Program-made: the position numbers and the translations under genes
Part shown: piece after piece, positions 1 through 10,085 of the stretch
How the letters are laid out: every line of letters starts with the position of its first letter
Numbering within the stretch: the stretch's first letter is position 1
Assembly: GCA_050084515.1 (NCBI GenBank)
Contig: CM114271.1
Location: forward strand, 5,146,001 to 5,210,000
Length of the DNA stretch: 64,000 nt
From: Blasia pusilla
Lineage: Eukaryota
Reading direction: 5' to 3'
Notes under the pieces: generated by a model
What the model saw: only the letters and a program-made list of their open reading frames with translations
Database searches by the model: none
What the model was told of the DNA's origin: nothing

Positions 1-290
1 CCTTGACCTCCTACATCAGGTCAAGAGCCAAGGAGGTGACTTGGGAGAATAGGTTACCATGGAGAGAGCTTGGGAGAGGAGAGGGGTATACCTCAAGGAG
101 AGAGAGCTTGAGAGCTCATTCTCTCTTTGTTGAACCTCTTGGCATGAGGCACGGAGCTATGGTACCTTGCCTTGTGAGTGTAACCCAAGCCTCTCATTAG
201 GAGAGTGGGTTTGGTTTGACATGAGAGAGAGTGCACACCTTTGAGAGCTATGGTGTGAGATGGTGGAGAGAGAGATTGGATCTTACTTTA
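1..290 (+). repeat. Terminal repeat A1 of copy 1 (partial)
   Basis: Matches 9667-9957 with about 4 differences by eye; homology ends at ...GGATCTTACTTTA. Confidence 0.92.
87..130 (+). promoter_or_regulatory. Putative LTR core promoter (TATA plus initiator), predicted TSS ~118
   Basis: TATA at 87-90 and Inr-like CTCATTC at 115-121, ~28 nt apart; conserved in copy 2 (48025-48059). Confidence 0.5.
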
Positions 291-305
291 CAAAGAGAGA
301 ATGAG
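290..305 (+). promoter_or_regulatory. Putative self-priming primer binding site
   Basis: ACAAAGAGAGAATGAG, at the end of repeat A1, is the exact reverse complement of CTCATTCTCTCTTTGT (115-130). No TGG/tRNA-type PBS is present. Confidence 0.7.
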
Positions 306-884
306 AGAATGAGAGAGTGAGAGAGCTTCATGGGGGAGCTCACTGGTCACTCCCTGTTTTTGCAGGTTGGGACCGTGTTCCCCGTTCAGCGGCTCATGGG
401 AGTGCTCACCGGAGCAAGGGCTGCTTTCATTACTCTTTGCATTTGCCGATTTTTCGTTTGGAAGAGTGGCGCGCGGAAGCGCTGCCCAATTTCTGATAGG
501 GATTGAGTATGAGGGCAGGTTGCCCCATGCTGGTGCTCTCGGGAGCACCATGTAGCTTGCTGATATGTATTTTTACAGATGTTACATTTTCGTTGGGAGA
601 AATCAGCGCGGGAGCGCTGCGGAATTTTGTGTAGGAGAAAGAGACATTGGGCTTTACGACAATCCCTGTCAGGTTTTACTGAAATGTCCAATTCTAAATA
701 TTTTTTGATGGTAGCGTAGATCGTGAAGCTGTGCACGCTGTGCAACAAACAATACACAATTTGGAGTTGCGAGCAAAACGTTATGGGCAATCTTGTAAAG
801 CTGCCATTGCTAGGTGATTTTTAGGGTTAAATCGTGCAAACCCTAAATCAGCCGCCACACCGGCGGCGGCCGTCGCCATCATAG

Positions 885-1010
885 TCACCGTCAACGGTCG
901 ATGGTCAACCATCACCGTCAATGGTCAACCGTCACAATCAACGGTCAACCGTCACCATCATCGGTCGGCCGTCACCATCAACGGTCAACCGTCACTGTCA
1001 AAGGTCCACC
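885..1010 (+). repeat. Degenerate short tandem array (ACCGTCA/ACGGTCAACC units) in the element leader
   Basis: Repeated accgtcaacggtc / ggtcaaccgtcac units; a shorter version is at ~48820-48892 in copy 2. Confidence 0.6.
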
Positions 1011-2279
1011 ATCCATTGTCCACCCTTTGGGTGCCATTGCCGCCATTACGGAGTGGAGGGTCTTCCATGACATTCGTTGATTCTTTGACTTGCGTCGCCA
1101 CCACATACTTTGTTTTGGCCGCCACCGTCATCGCAGTTTCTTCATCAACCAGTGAAGGCAGATGACCTCTGGTTATGGTGTTTGAGTTTTGATTTCATGC
1201 TTCTATGTTGTGATTGGTAGCCGCTCGCGACGATCGAGTATCGTGCCGTGACGCCCGTAGCCGCAACACGCCGCCGATTGCCACGCCGTGCCGCTCGTGG
1301 CCGCACCGCACCATCTCGATCGCGGAGCCGCACCGTCATTGTGGAGCGAGTGTGGGATTATTATTGATTGAGGAGGGTATGCGCCGAGTGCCGCATCCCA
1401 CCATCGAGGGCCGCGTCTTTGTTCGTCGAGCCGCCTGCGTCGCCGCAACGCCGCACCGTTCGCCGGGACCGCACTTTGTCTATCGAGGAGTTTTGAGCGC
1501 ATCGATGGAGGAGGAGTATGACTTGCTGATTGGAGGAGTTGTCTCCACGATCGAGTTGGGGTCGAGATTTGCGATTCTTGCCGAGGAGCGACATCGACAT
1601 GTGTTCAGTTACCCATTCGGTCCTTTACCCTACACGTGTGAGGGATTCGGGATTTATTTGGGGATATTGGGTGTGTGGATCGAGAGCATCATTTATGTAT
1701 GTGGTTTAGGGGACATAGACTTGTGTGGGATGTCCGGAGTTGAGGGTAGGTTGTCGATGAGATGATAGCCTGGTCGATTTGCCGCACCACGCCGCGTGTT
1801 ACCGCACGTTACACGTCTCGGGGAGAGAGAGTGTAGATCGAGTGCCGCATGTTTGGGATGAGTGATTGAGGGATTCCTCACGAGGTTGAGTGATCGGGTG
1901 AGAGGGGCACGAGGGTCATCACGAGTCTATTCGGGACTTTGAGAGGCGAGGTGGTGAACCCGAGAGTAGCTCTAGAGGTTTTACGCGGATTGGCGCGAGG
2001 TTTCGAGGGTCTCCACGTGAGGGACCACCTCGACCTCCTTCTGTGTCATCGTCAGACAAAGGGGAGGGTGTAGAGGACTTTGTGAGCACATCGCCACACA
2101 TTGTGAGTGGTCCTACCAGTTGGGCGTACGAGATGGACGACCGGGGTAGAGGACGCGTAGGTTTTCAGTGCGTGAGGGCACGATTGAGTTACGATTTTAT
2201 AGCAGAGTTTAGGAGCTAGTGCGACTCCCGGCGGGCTAGGAACTCTAGAGAGTTCAACCCATTTACAGCATGGAACGGT

Positions 2280-3170
2280 ATGTTCCAGCATTTAGAGGGG
2301 GCGCCCATGGACGATTACCATGAGTTCTCTCAGAGATATGCATGTGAGATCGAGGCGTGGAGGCTCTACTATGACCCACATTATGTGTCATGGACGGAGC
2401 CGTTCCCAGATGAGGAGGAGGAGTCAGGAGAGGCTACTGCCTCTTCCACTAGTGATGTTTTAGGAGGGGTCACTCGCACGGGAGCAGTTGCACCGTCTAG
2501 TCGGGTTCGTCCCAGGTTCAACCGTGTGGTTGAGTTCTTTGCTGAGTTGAGGGCGAGCTACCAGGGGGTACGGACGGAGAAGTTGCGGAGCATCCACGAC
2601 TTCCAGAGGCGCTCGGGTGAGAGTTTGCGTGAGGCTTACACTCGCTTGCGCCGGTTGATCAACGTCACTCAGGGGGTGACAGAGGCTCAGGCTATCCAGT
2701 CATGGTATGCGATGCTGGACCGGACCCTACGGACACGGGTGCGGGAGGGGGTGCTTCTTATGAACACCTCCCCTACGTTGAGAGATGTTTTTAGGACCAC
2801 CGAGAACATTGAGCGCAACATGGCGGAGGAGAGCGTAGGCACCATGGGTTGGGCGAGAGCGATCCACGATTGTCGCACCACCTATGCAAAGAACGTGGAC
2901 TCCGAGATAGGTCGACTGTGGCACCACGAGCTCAGGGAGGATACCGAGAGGCCGTGCCACAGAGACATGTGCCTTCATATGCGGCTCAGCAGCAGCTGCC
3001 TACTATTATGTGGTGGAGCCCATCATCAGCGCGATTGCACTCGTCAGGGTCATGGACGTGTGCCTCAGCATGGAGGAGGAGATGGTGCTGCACCAGGAGG
3101 TTATCAGTGTGACTATTGTTAGAGGTATGGTCATACACGCGCCAGGTGTTTTAGTTTACATCCTGAGTTA
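2280..3170 (+). pseudogene. gag: Gag (capsid-like region plus CCHC zinc knuckles), frameshifted
   Basis: ORF 2280-3122 with QRRSGESLREAYTRL (retrotransposon gag QxxxES motif); knuckles CGGAHHQRDC and CDYC.RYGHTRARC. Confidence 0.8.
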
Positions 3171-4059
3171 CGTCTAGACCGAGGGCGAGAGAGAGCACCA
3201 GAGCGAGTAGCCGGTCCGGGTGGGCCTAGAGATCGTGCTCTAGGTGGTCCCGTTGGGGGACGAGGAGCTGGAGTTGCCCGACAGGGTGGTGGAGATGCCC
3301 GTGGAGGAGGTAGAGTACCACCACCTAGACGCGCCGAGGGAGATGCCGTACGTGAGGTGGGATGGGTGCTCCGATACAACCGGCTACAGGAGCAGATTGC
3401 CGCTATGGCATTGAGGTTACCCGATGCCGGATCCGTGGCATCGACATCATATGGAGCGCCAGAGATCCTGGAGGATCCTTGATGGATGTCGGGATTGCCA
3501 GATGGAGGCCGCAGGTTGTGACGCGTGGAGCGCCGCAGAGTTGGATCCACTCACGAGGGGAAGCCAATAAGAGACTAGGCTTCCTCAATCTTTCACGTTG
3601 TCGGCGATGAGGACCCCATCGATGAGTCCTCATCAAAGTTCCTGGAGAGTTGGTAATGTTGTTGGTATGCAAGCACGGAGGGCGATGGGATAAGCGAGTG
3701 CGACGACTCCTATTGTTGATGCTCAGGAGGGGCATGTGTCGAGCACGTTGTTGGGGCGCCACCGTTGTGTACCGCACTCCTTTATTTTCTGCCCGATGTT
3801 GTGCGTTGGGAGGTACGCCCGCCGAGGTTTTTTTGGCTGGCCGCTTCACTATGTGAGCGGAGTTGGAGTTCCGCATCACGTTCAAAGGTGATTGCAGAGG
3901 AGGTGATGGACCTGCCCTTGGAGCGGATGCTTGGGCCGTCCACGTCAGATTCATGGCAGTGCGGGTCGCTAGGATGGCGGAGATGCCCGCTAGACCCACG
4001 ATAGAGCGTGCCATGGCTTCTCCTGGTGTTGTGTTGCTTTGGATAACCAAGGAGAGGTC

Positions 4060-4440
4060 TTCTAGTTGGTGAGTCTTGGAGGTAGAGCTTTTTAGTCGCG
4101 TAGCCTTGTTGATTCAGAGCGCAACCCTTGATGTTGGGGAAAGCGTCATTTAGAGGATTGGGCTTGACGCGAGCCGATGTGGAGTGTTGTCCATTTCGGA
4201 TACTGAACATCCTTGGGTGGAGCAAGTACCACACAATATATCACCCGACAGGAGGTCGTGGTGAGGATTCGCCGGGACATCCTGAGATGAGTCCGTAGTG
4301 CGCGCCAAAGCGATAGTGGCGATGGTGAGTCCTCACGATGTCTTGGTTGGTGGAGCGATATTATACCCGATGGGGTTTTCCTGGATTACTTGGGAGAGTC
4401 GGCCTCTGAGACCAGGATGGCGTTAGGTGATGGGCGCCTT
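4060..4440 (+). pseudogene. Aspartic protease domain, degenerate
   Basis: Homologous to LLDLGAQPLMLG in copy 2 and LLDSGAQSLMLG in copy 3; downstream DVLVGG motif. Confidence 0.65.
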
Positions 4441-4809
4441 AGCTCATTACCCGTTCGATTCACAGGTGTAGTGATCGAGCAACGGCCAGGAGAGATGGCG
4501 ACCTTAGCAACATTTATCAGTGCCATCACTTGGCCTAGTGATTTGATTGAGGGACACGTCCATGCAGAGGATACTACCGTTCCTGACATTTCTATGGAGA
4601 GGAGTGTTATGGTAGCTGCATCATTCCGTGGAGGAGAGGTGCCGCTGTGGGGTTCGACTAAGGAGCTTCAACGATTGGCAGATGCGCACGTGCAAACCGC
4701 GTGGAGCGAGCGTTTGCACCAGAGCGTGACGGGTCTGAGGAACCCGAGGTAGCGGGGAGTGCTACGATGACACCCTTGGATACTAGACCCATTGTGTGGT
4801 GTACCCCGG

Positions 4810-5730
4810 AGGAGGGTATTCGAGTGTTAGATCTCTTTGGAGGGATTAGCACGGGTTAGCTGCTGATTTTGCAGGAGGAGTGCGAGTACATCGTGATTAC
4901 TTGTATGTGGAGAGTGATGATGTTTGAGGCGCGTCTCACTACGACATGTGGCGCAATTACGCCCTCGTTTTCCCGACTTATTATGCGTCGCCCGCAATAT
5001 AGGGTACCGAGTTCCCTACCGAGGATATTTTGTTGTTGGGCGCAGGACTTAGAGCGGGTAGGGACCATTGATTTGGTCATTGCCGGTTGGCCATGTCAGG
5101 GCCAATCGAGTGCTGGACGAGGCAGCGGGTTGGCTGACACTCGATCCAGGTTGTTTTGGGAGATGTTGAGGGTCTTACGGCAGTTGCAGGAGCACCAGTC
5201 TCGTTCTCCAGCCTACATTATGGAGAATGTGCCGATCTTAGGAGACTCCAAGTCACGGGTCGTGACGAGTGCTCATCAGGTGCGTGCCTGGATCGGCCCA
5301 GCAGTGTTCTTGGATGCGGCGAGTGTAGGTTCTAGAGCCCATCGCCCGCGTCTATGGTGGACCAACTTGGTGCCCCATGCGGTGTTATGGAGGGCGTATG
5401 CGAGAGTGGAGTGCCCCTCCCCTTTGTTAGTGGATTCCATTCTGGATCCAGGTCGTCGATCACAGGCAGTGAGGCACGATGATCGACCACCGTTGACGTG
5501 GGTCAACAGGGTAAGCGAGGCAGCGACGCGCCTTGCCCACGCGTTTGTGAGTTTTCCCGCTTCCTATGCATACAAGGAGGCCGGTCCTGGCTTGGTTTGG
5601 GATGACCAGGTTGGTGGAGCCCAACGCCGACGAGAGAGAGCAAGCGATGGGATTTCCCATAAGAGTGACGGCAGTACCATCAGTGTCAGAGGCATCACGA
5701 CGCCATATCTTGGGTCAGCGATGGACTGAA
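4810..5730 (+). pseudogene. C5 cytosine DNA methyltransferase domain inside pol
   Basis: Motif I VLDLFGGISTG (~4824-4856), IV DLVIAGWPCQGQS, VI YIMENV, VIII AHRPRLWW, IX EPNADEREQAMGFP, X RRHILGQ; frameshifts between motifs. Confidence 0.9.
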
Positions 5731-6194
5731 TCGCTTGACATGGATCCTCGGCTTGGGAGTGGCGAGCGGCGTCGTATGAGATCGCGACAGATCCGGGCCG
5801 GTTTGCGTTAGTGAGCCCCATGCCTACCGAGACGGTGGTGAGGCAAAGTGGTCGGGGCGAGACCGAGGAGATCTACGCACTGGGGAGATCGGAGAGACAC
5901 CCTTGGACTTCTTGGGATGTTTTGAAGGTACGCAAGGAGATGATAGCCACAACATCGGCGTGGTTTCGGAACGCACGTGGAGGAGATCGAGTTTGCGTTG
6001 GCTGCAGGAGAGCGGCCGAGTGTTGTTGTTCGAGACGGGTTGCACCATAGCAACCACCGATACCGCGCCGGAGAGTCCTACCGTAGTCACGATGGAGACT
6101 TGGGAGCCGGATATGGGCCCTAAGTTGACGGGGAGGAGAGCGGCGCCGAATACATCGATTCCTCGGGAGTTATAGGAGTTGCTTTGCGTTTAGC

Positions 6195-7520
6195 ATGGAG
6201 GATTTGGGTACGCTGAAGGGACTGGGATCCGCATTGAGTTGTCGAGTGATATGCCGATCTTCCGACAACCCTCAGTCTGATGATATGGAGAGGGCTCGAT
6301 TGAGTAGGAGCCAAGACTTGGTCGGAGCAGGACTAGTGGAGATGTCGCATGGGGAGTATGCATCCGCCCCTTTGTCATGCCCGCCAAGAAGGATGTGCAT
6401 GGCAACCGGACGGATAGGCGGATGTGTGGGGATTACCGACCTATCAATTGTGCGCAGGCGAAGTCCGATAGGTATGCCATGCCCACCCCCGAGGAGATCT
6501 TTGATGCGATTGATCACGCAAAGGTCTTCAGTTCATTGGATTTGCGAGTTGGATACCATCAGCTGCCTATCAGATTGGAGGACAGGTAGAAGATGGCATT
6601 TTGGGGCATCGATCCTCACGGGAAGGATTGTTTGTACCAGTGGCGGTTCTTACCATTTGGGTTAAAGAACGCTTGGACTGAGTTTCAGAGGGTCATGGAT
6701 AGGATCTTGGCTGGTCCGGATTTTGCTAGGTGTTATATTGATGACATCGTAGTCTTTAGCGCCACGGTTGAGGAGCACGAGCAACATCTAGAGGAGGTGT
6801 TTCGACGATTGCAATTACATGGGCTGAAGCTACATCCAGGCAAGTGCAAGTTCTTCTACGACCAGATTGAGTACTTGGGTCATACGATATACCCAGGGGG
6901 CCTTGGTGTTCAGCAGACGAAGGTAGAGGCTATCTCACACATTCCACGCCCTCTGAGATGTGAGCCGTGTTCGCGCATTCATGGGATTGGCGAACTTCTA
7001 TCGGCGATACGTTAAGGATTGATTCGATTATGGCGGCCGACCTTGCTCACCAAGGTGGATCACGAGTGGTACTGGGGGGATGAGCAGGAGCGAGCATTTC
7101 GATTGCTCAGGGCGGGTTGGCGTCCGCACCCATCTTGAGGAGACCGATCGGGGCGTCCTTTCGATTGCACCGCAGATTGGAGCATGTTGGGGCTTGAGTG
7201 GTGCTCACCCAAAGATGATGATGAGGGTAGAGAGTTTGTGGTGGCTTACGCTAGCCGCTCGAACAACGCTGCAGAGGCAAAGTGCATTCGTATGAGGGTG
7301 AGTGCTTGGTCGGTGTGGTCATCGCGCATTTCAGGTGTTACTTATTCGGCAACCCCTTTACCATCATCACTAATCATCAACCACTGAAGTGGTTGATGGA
7401 GTCCGACAAGCTTACAGGGAAGCTTGCGAGATGGGCTCTGTTGTTGTAGGAGTATGATTTTCAGGTGGTACATAGACCTGGAACGCTCAACCAGGATGCA
7501 GATGGGTTGAGTCGTAACCC
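6195..7520 (+). pseudogene. pol: Reverse transcriptase and RNase H
   Basis: RMCGDYRPIN, FSSLDLRVGYHQ, LPFGLKNA, YIDDIVVF, KCKF, YLGH; RNase H VVAYASRS and NQDADGLSR; stops and frameshifts. Confidence 0.92.
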
Positions 7521-7749
7521 ATGCCCGAGTCGGCCGAGATCGACCGGAGCTCGATGGCATGGAGAGAGTGATGAGGAGTCGGTGCCAGGATGGCACGCGT
7601 CGGCCTATTTAGGCATGTTGGCTATGGAGAGCGCAGTGTGGAGACCGATGGCGAGGTCTAGTGGAGAGTCTTTGGATCCCGAGGCCGGTGAGGACACGAC
7701 AAGTGGCGAGATATTCATGATGATGGAGTAGTCTTAGAGTACCTTCGTC

Positions 7750-9138
7750 TTGGCGGCCTTTGAAAGCACCATGGATGCTAGAGAGCGGGATCGGATCCTA
7801 CAGCGGGCCAGACGGTTCCGTTGGGAGGGGACACATGTTTTGAGGGTTTGGGAGGATGGCAGAGTACGCGTAGTGCCGCATCCTTTGCAGAGAGCACGAC
7901 TAGTGCAGCATGCCCACGAGGAGTTGGGTCACTTTGGGGTGAAGCGGACGTATAGCTTGCTCGAGATTCGATATTGGTGGCGAGGCATGCGATCGGCGTT
8001 CAGCAGTTTGTTGCCAGGTGCATGGTGTGTGATCGGGTCCGAGCATTGTTCAATGCTCCGACTCCACAGTTGCATCCATTATCGATCATGGGCTTAGGGT
8101 ATAGATGGAGTTTGGATTTTGCAGGACCTTTGCCCTTGACGGAGCGTCACTGTCGTTATGTGTTGGTGATGGTCGAGCACTTCTCAAAGTGGATCGAGTT
8201 GGTTGCATTGCCTGACAAAGCAAGTGAGGGAGTAGGTTATGCCTTCCTTGACAGAGTGCTGAGTCATTATGGCGCACCAGCTGAGGTGTTGACAGACTAG
8301 GGTACCGAGTTTCGCGGTGAGTTCCAAGCCTTGTGTGATCAGGCGCTGATCGACCACCGCACGACTTCGCGAGATCATCCTGAGGCGGATGGATTAGCGG
8401 AGAGAGTTGTGCAAACGGTGAAGAGGGGTTTACGCAAGTATGGCTTGCAGAGATGTCACCTAGGAGATTGGGACCTCCAGTTGCCATGGTTGGCGATGGG
8501 ATATAGATTCAGCAAGCAGGCATCCTTAGCGTCTTTTTCACCGTACTTGCTACTTTATGGCGAGAGCGATTTACTGCGGCCATTTGTCGAGATCTTTGGT
8601 GAGGTCTTGAACCTTGATGACCCAAATGTATGGGTGCGAGCATATTCTCGAGGGTGAGTTATTTTCGAGAGTGATGCCCATGGCGTTCGAGAACTTGGCG
8701 ATTGCACAACATCGGATACGTTGAGGTATGCGACTATTCGAGGTGGTGGTTATCGACCAACTATCCGGAGGTTTCATGAGGGACATTATGTCTATTTGCG
8801 CAGACGGCACCAACGGCGTTGGATGTGATGCAGGCGCACTATCCCGAGAGTGCGTGACATTTTGCCATCGGGTGTTCTCTTGTTGGAGGGACGCGATGGT
8901 ATGGTATGGAAGGACCATGTGCGTAATTGTGCGCCATGTCACCTTCCTAACATTGATGGTACAGTAGATCCGAGCTTAGTAGTAGTTCCCGCAGCTTGCG
9001 TTGTATGTTGTGTGGTTTGCCTGTAGTGCCACGATGCTAGTCTGTGATGGGTGTTCGAGAGGATGGCATATGGCATGTTTGACGCCACCTCTCACTAGGG
9101 TTCCTCAAGGACGATGGATGTGTCCCAGATGTACATAG
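7750..9138 (+). pseudogene. DDE integrase with C-terminal PHD finger
   Basis: HEELGHFG...CMVC (HHCC), WSLDFAGP, VLTD, HPEADGLAER. The 3' end encodes CMLC...CDGC.RGWHMAC...WMCPRC, then TAG at 9136-9138. Confidence 0.9.
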
Positions 9139-9308
9139 AGAAGGTAGTTCTACATTCCGACTTGTGTCTATGACATGGATGACAAGGAGGCGACTAACAA
9201 TGGGGCCACATGAGCACCCGGCCTTCTTGATCTTAGCGTCCGAGAGATGTATGTCATGGTAGGTAGGGATAGATGGCTATCTGGAGTTAGAGGACCTAAC
9301 CACCGGCT

Positions 9309-9317
9309 AGGGGGCGA
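9309..9317 (+). promoter_or_regulatory. Polypurine tract (plus-strand primer)
   Basis: AGGGGGCGA at the start of repeat B1; the equivalent in copy 3 is AGGGGGGGAG (minus strand, ~56612-56621). Confidence 0.65.
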
Positions 9318-9444
9318 TTGGAGATATTTTGGTTCTTCTTGTCTCGTTGTTTGGATGCCATGAGTTAGCATGGGATCATGCGTGTTTGTGTGTGTGTTCG
9401 GTGACAGCGATGTATGTTGTGTAGCGATGTGTATGCGCACGACA
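9317..9444 (+). repeat. Terminal repeat B1 (128 bp)
   Basis: Identical by eye to 9958-10085; ends CACGACA. Confidence 0.93.
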
Positions 9445-9446
9445 GT

Positions 9447-9957
9447 TGTCACGTCTTTGAGGATAGATCGGTGGGATCTAATAGAGCGCCTTCATGAGTA
9501 GTGGAGGACACGCCCGATGAGGTCGAGGGTGACGTCTTTGGCGCTTGGAAACCTGAGATAGCATGTTTCCCCGCGTTCGGCTCATTTGGAGCCATATTGA
9601 GAACTTACTATTTTAGGTAAGTACCATTTTGAGTATATGATCGACTTACTATTTTTGGTAAGTGGCCCTTGACCTCCTACATCAGGTCAAGAGCCAAGGA
9701 GGTGACTTGGGAGAATAGGTTACGATGGAGAGAGCTTGGGAGAGGAGAGGGGTATACCTCAAGGAGAGAGAGCTTGAGAGCTCATTCTCTCTTTGTTGAA
9801 CCTCTTGGCATGAGGCGGCGGAGCTATGGTACCTTGCCTTGTGAGTGTAACCCAAGCCTCTTATTAGGAGAGTGGATTTGGTTTGACATGAGAGAGAGTG
9901 CACACCTTTGAGAGCTATGGTGTGAGATGGTGGAGAGAGAGATTGGATCTTACTTTA
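9447..9957 (+). repeat. Terminal repeat A2 (511 bp)
   Basis: Starts TGTCACG; matches 1-290 and 47720-48229. Confidence 0.92.
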
Positions 9958-10085
9958 ATTGGAGATATTTTGGTTCTTCTTGTCTCGTTGTTTGGATGCC
10001 ATGAGTTAGCATGGGATCATGCGTGTTTGTGTGTGTGTTCGGTGACAGCGATGTATGTTGTGTAGCGATGTGTATGCGCACGACA
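9958..10085 (+). repeat. Terminal repeat B2, the right end of copy 1
   Basis: Duplicate of 9317-9444; ends ...CACGACA. Confidence 0.93.

Larger units (their letters stand above)
1..10085 (+). mobile_element. Ty3/Gypsy-type retrotransposon (copy 1) carrying a DNA methyltransferase and a PHD finger, with split terminal repeats; 5' end lies ~220 bp left of the window
   Basis: Gag, PR, C5-MTase, RT (YIDD), RNase H, integrase (HHCC, D-D-E) and PHD motifs in order. 1-290 repeats at 9667-9957 and 9317-9444 repeats at 9958-10085. Ends in ...GCGCACGACA, followed by sequence of an unrelated LTR. Confidence 0.93.

Noticed and set aside
885-1010. CRISPR-like array
   Set aside because: Degenerate tandem units without unique spacers, in a eukaryotic context.
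1214-1765. 183-aa ORF in the element leader as an extra gene
   Set aside because: No recognisable motif, and the frame is not preserved in copy 2; it may be UTR or broken gag N-terminus.
4869-5729. Host DNMT gene or bacterial restriction-modification contamination
   Set aside because: The domain is intronless, collinear within pol in three copies, and has no restriction enzyme partner; neighbouring genes are spliced plant genes.
9447-10085. Reading A2+B2 as an independent solo LTR inserted just after a short 3' LTR (B1)
   Set aside because: No TSD around it, A matches the element's own 5' end, and the same layout with a 2-nt spacer recurs in divergent copy 3.
1-10085. Classification as a DIRS/PAT/Ngaro tyrosine-recombinase element
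   Set aside because: It has a protease and a DDE integrase, I recognise no recombinase ORF, and only ~180 bp separate the pol stop from B1.
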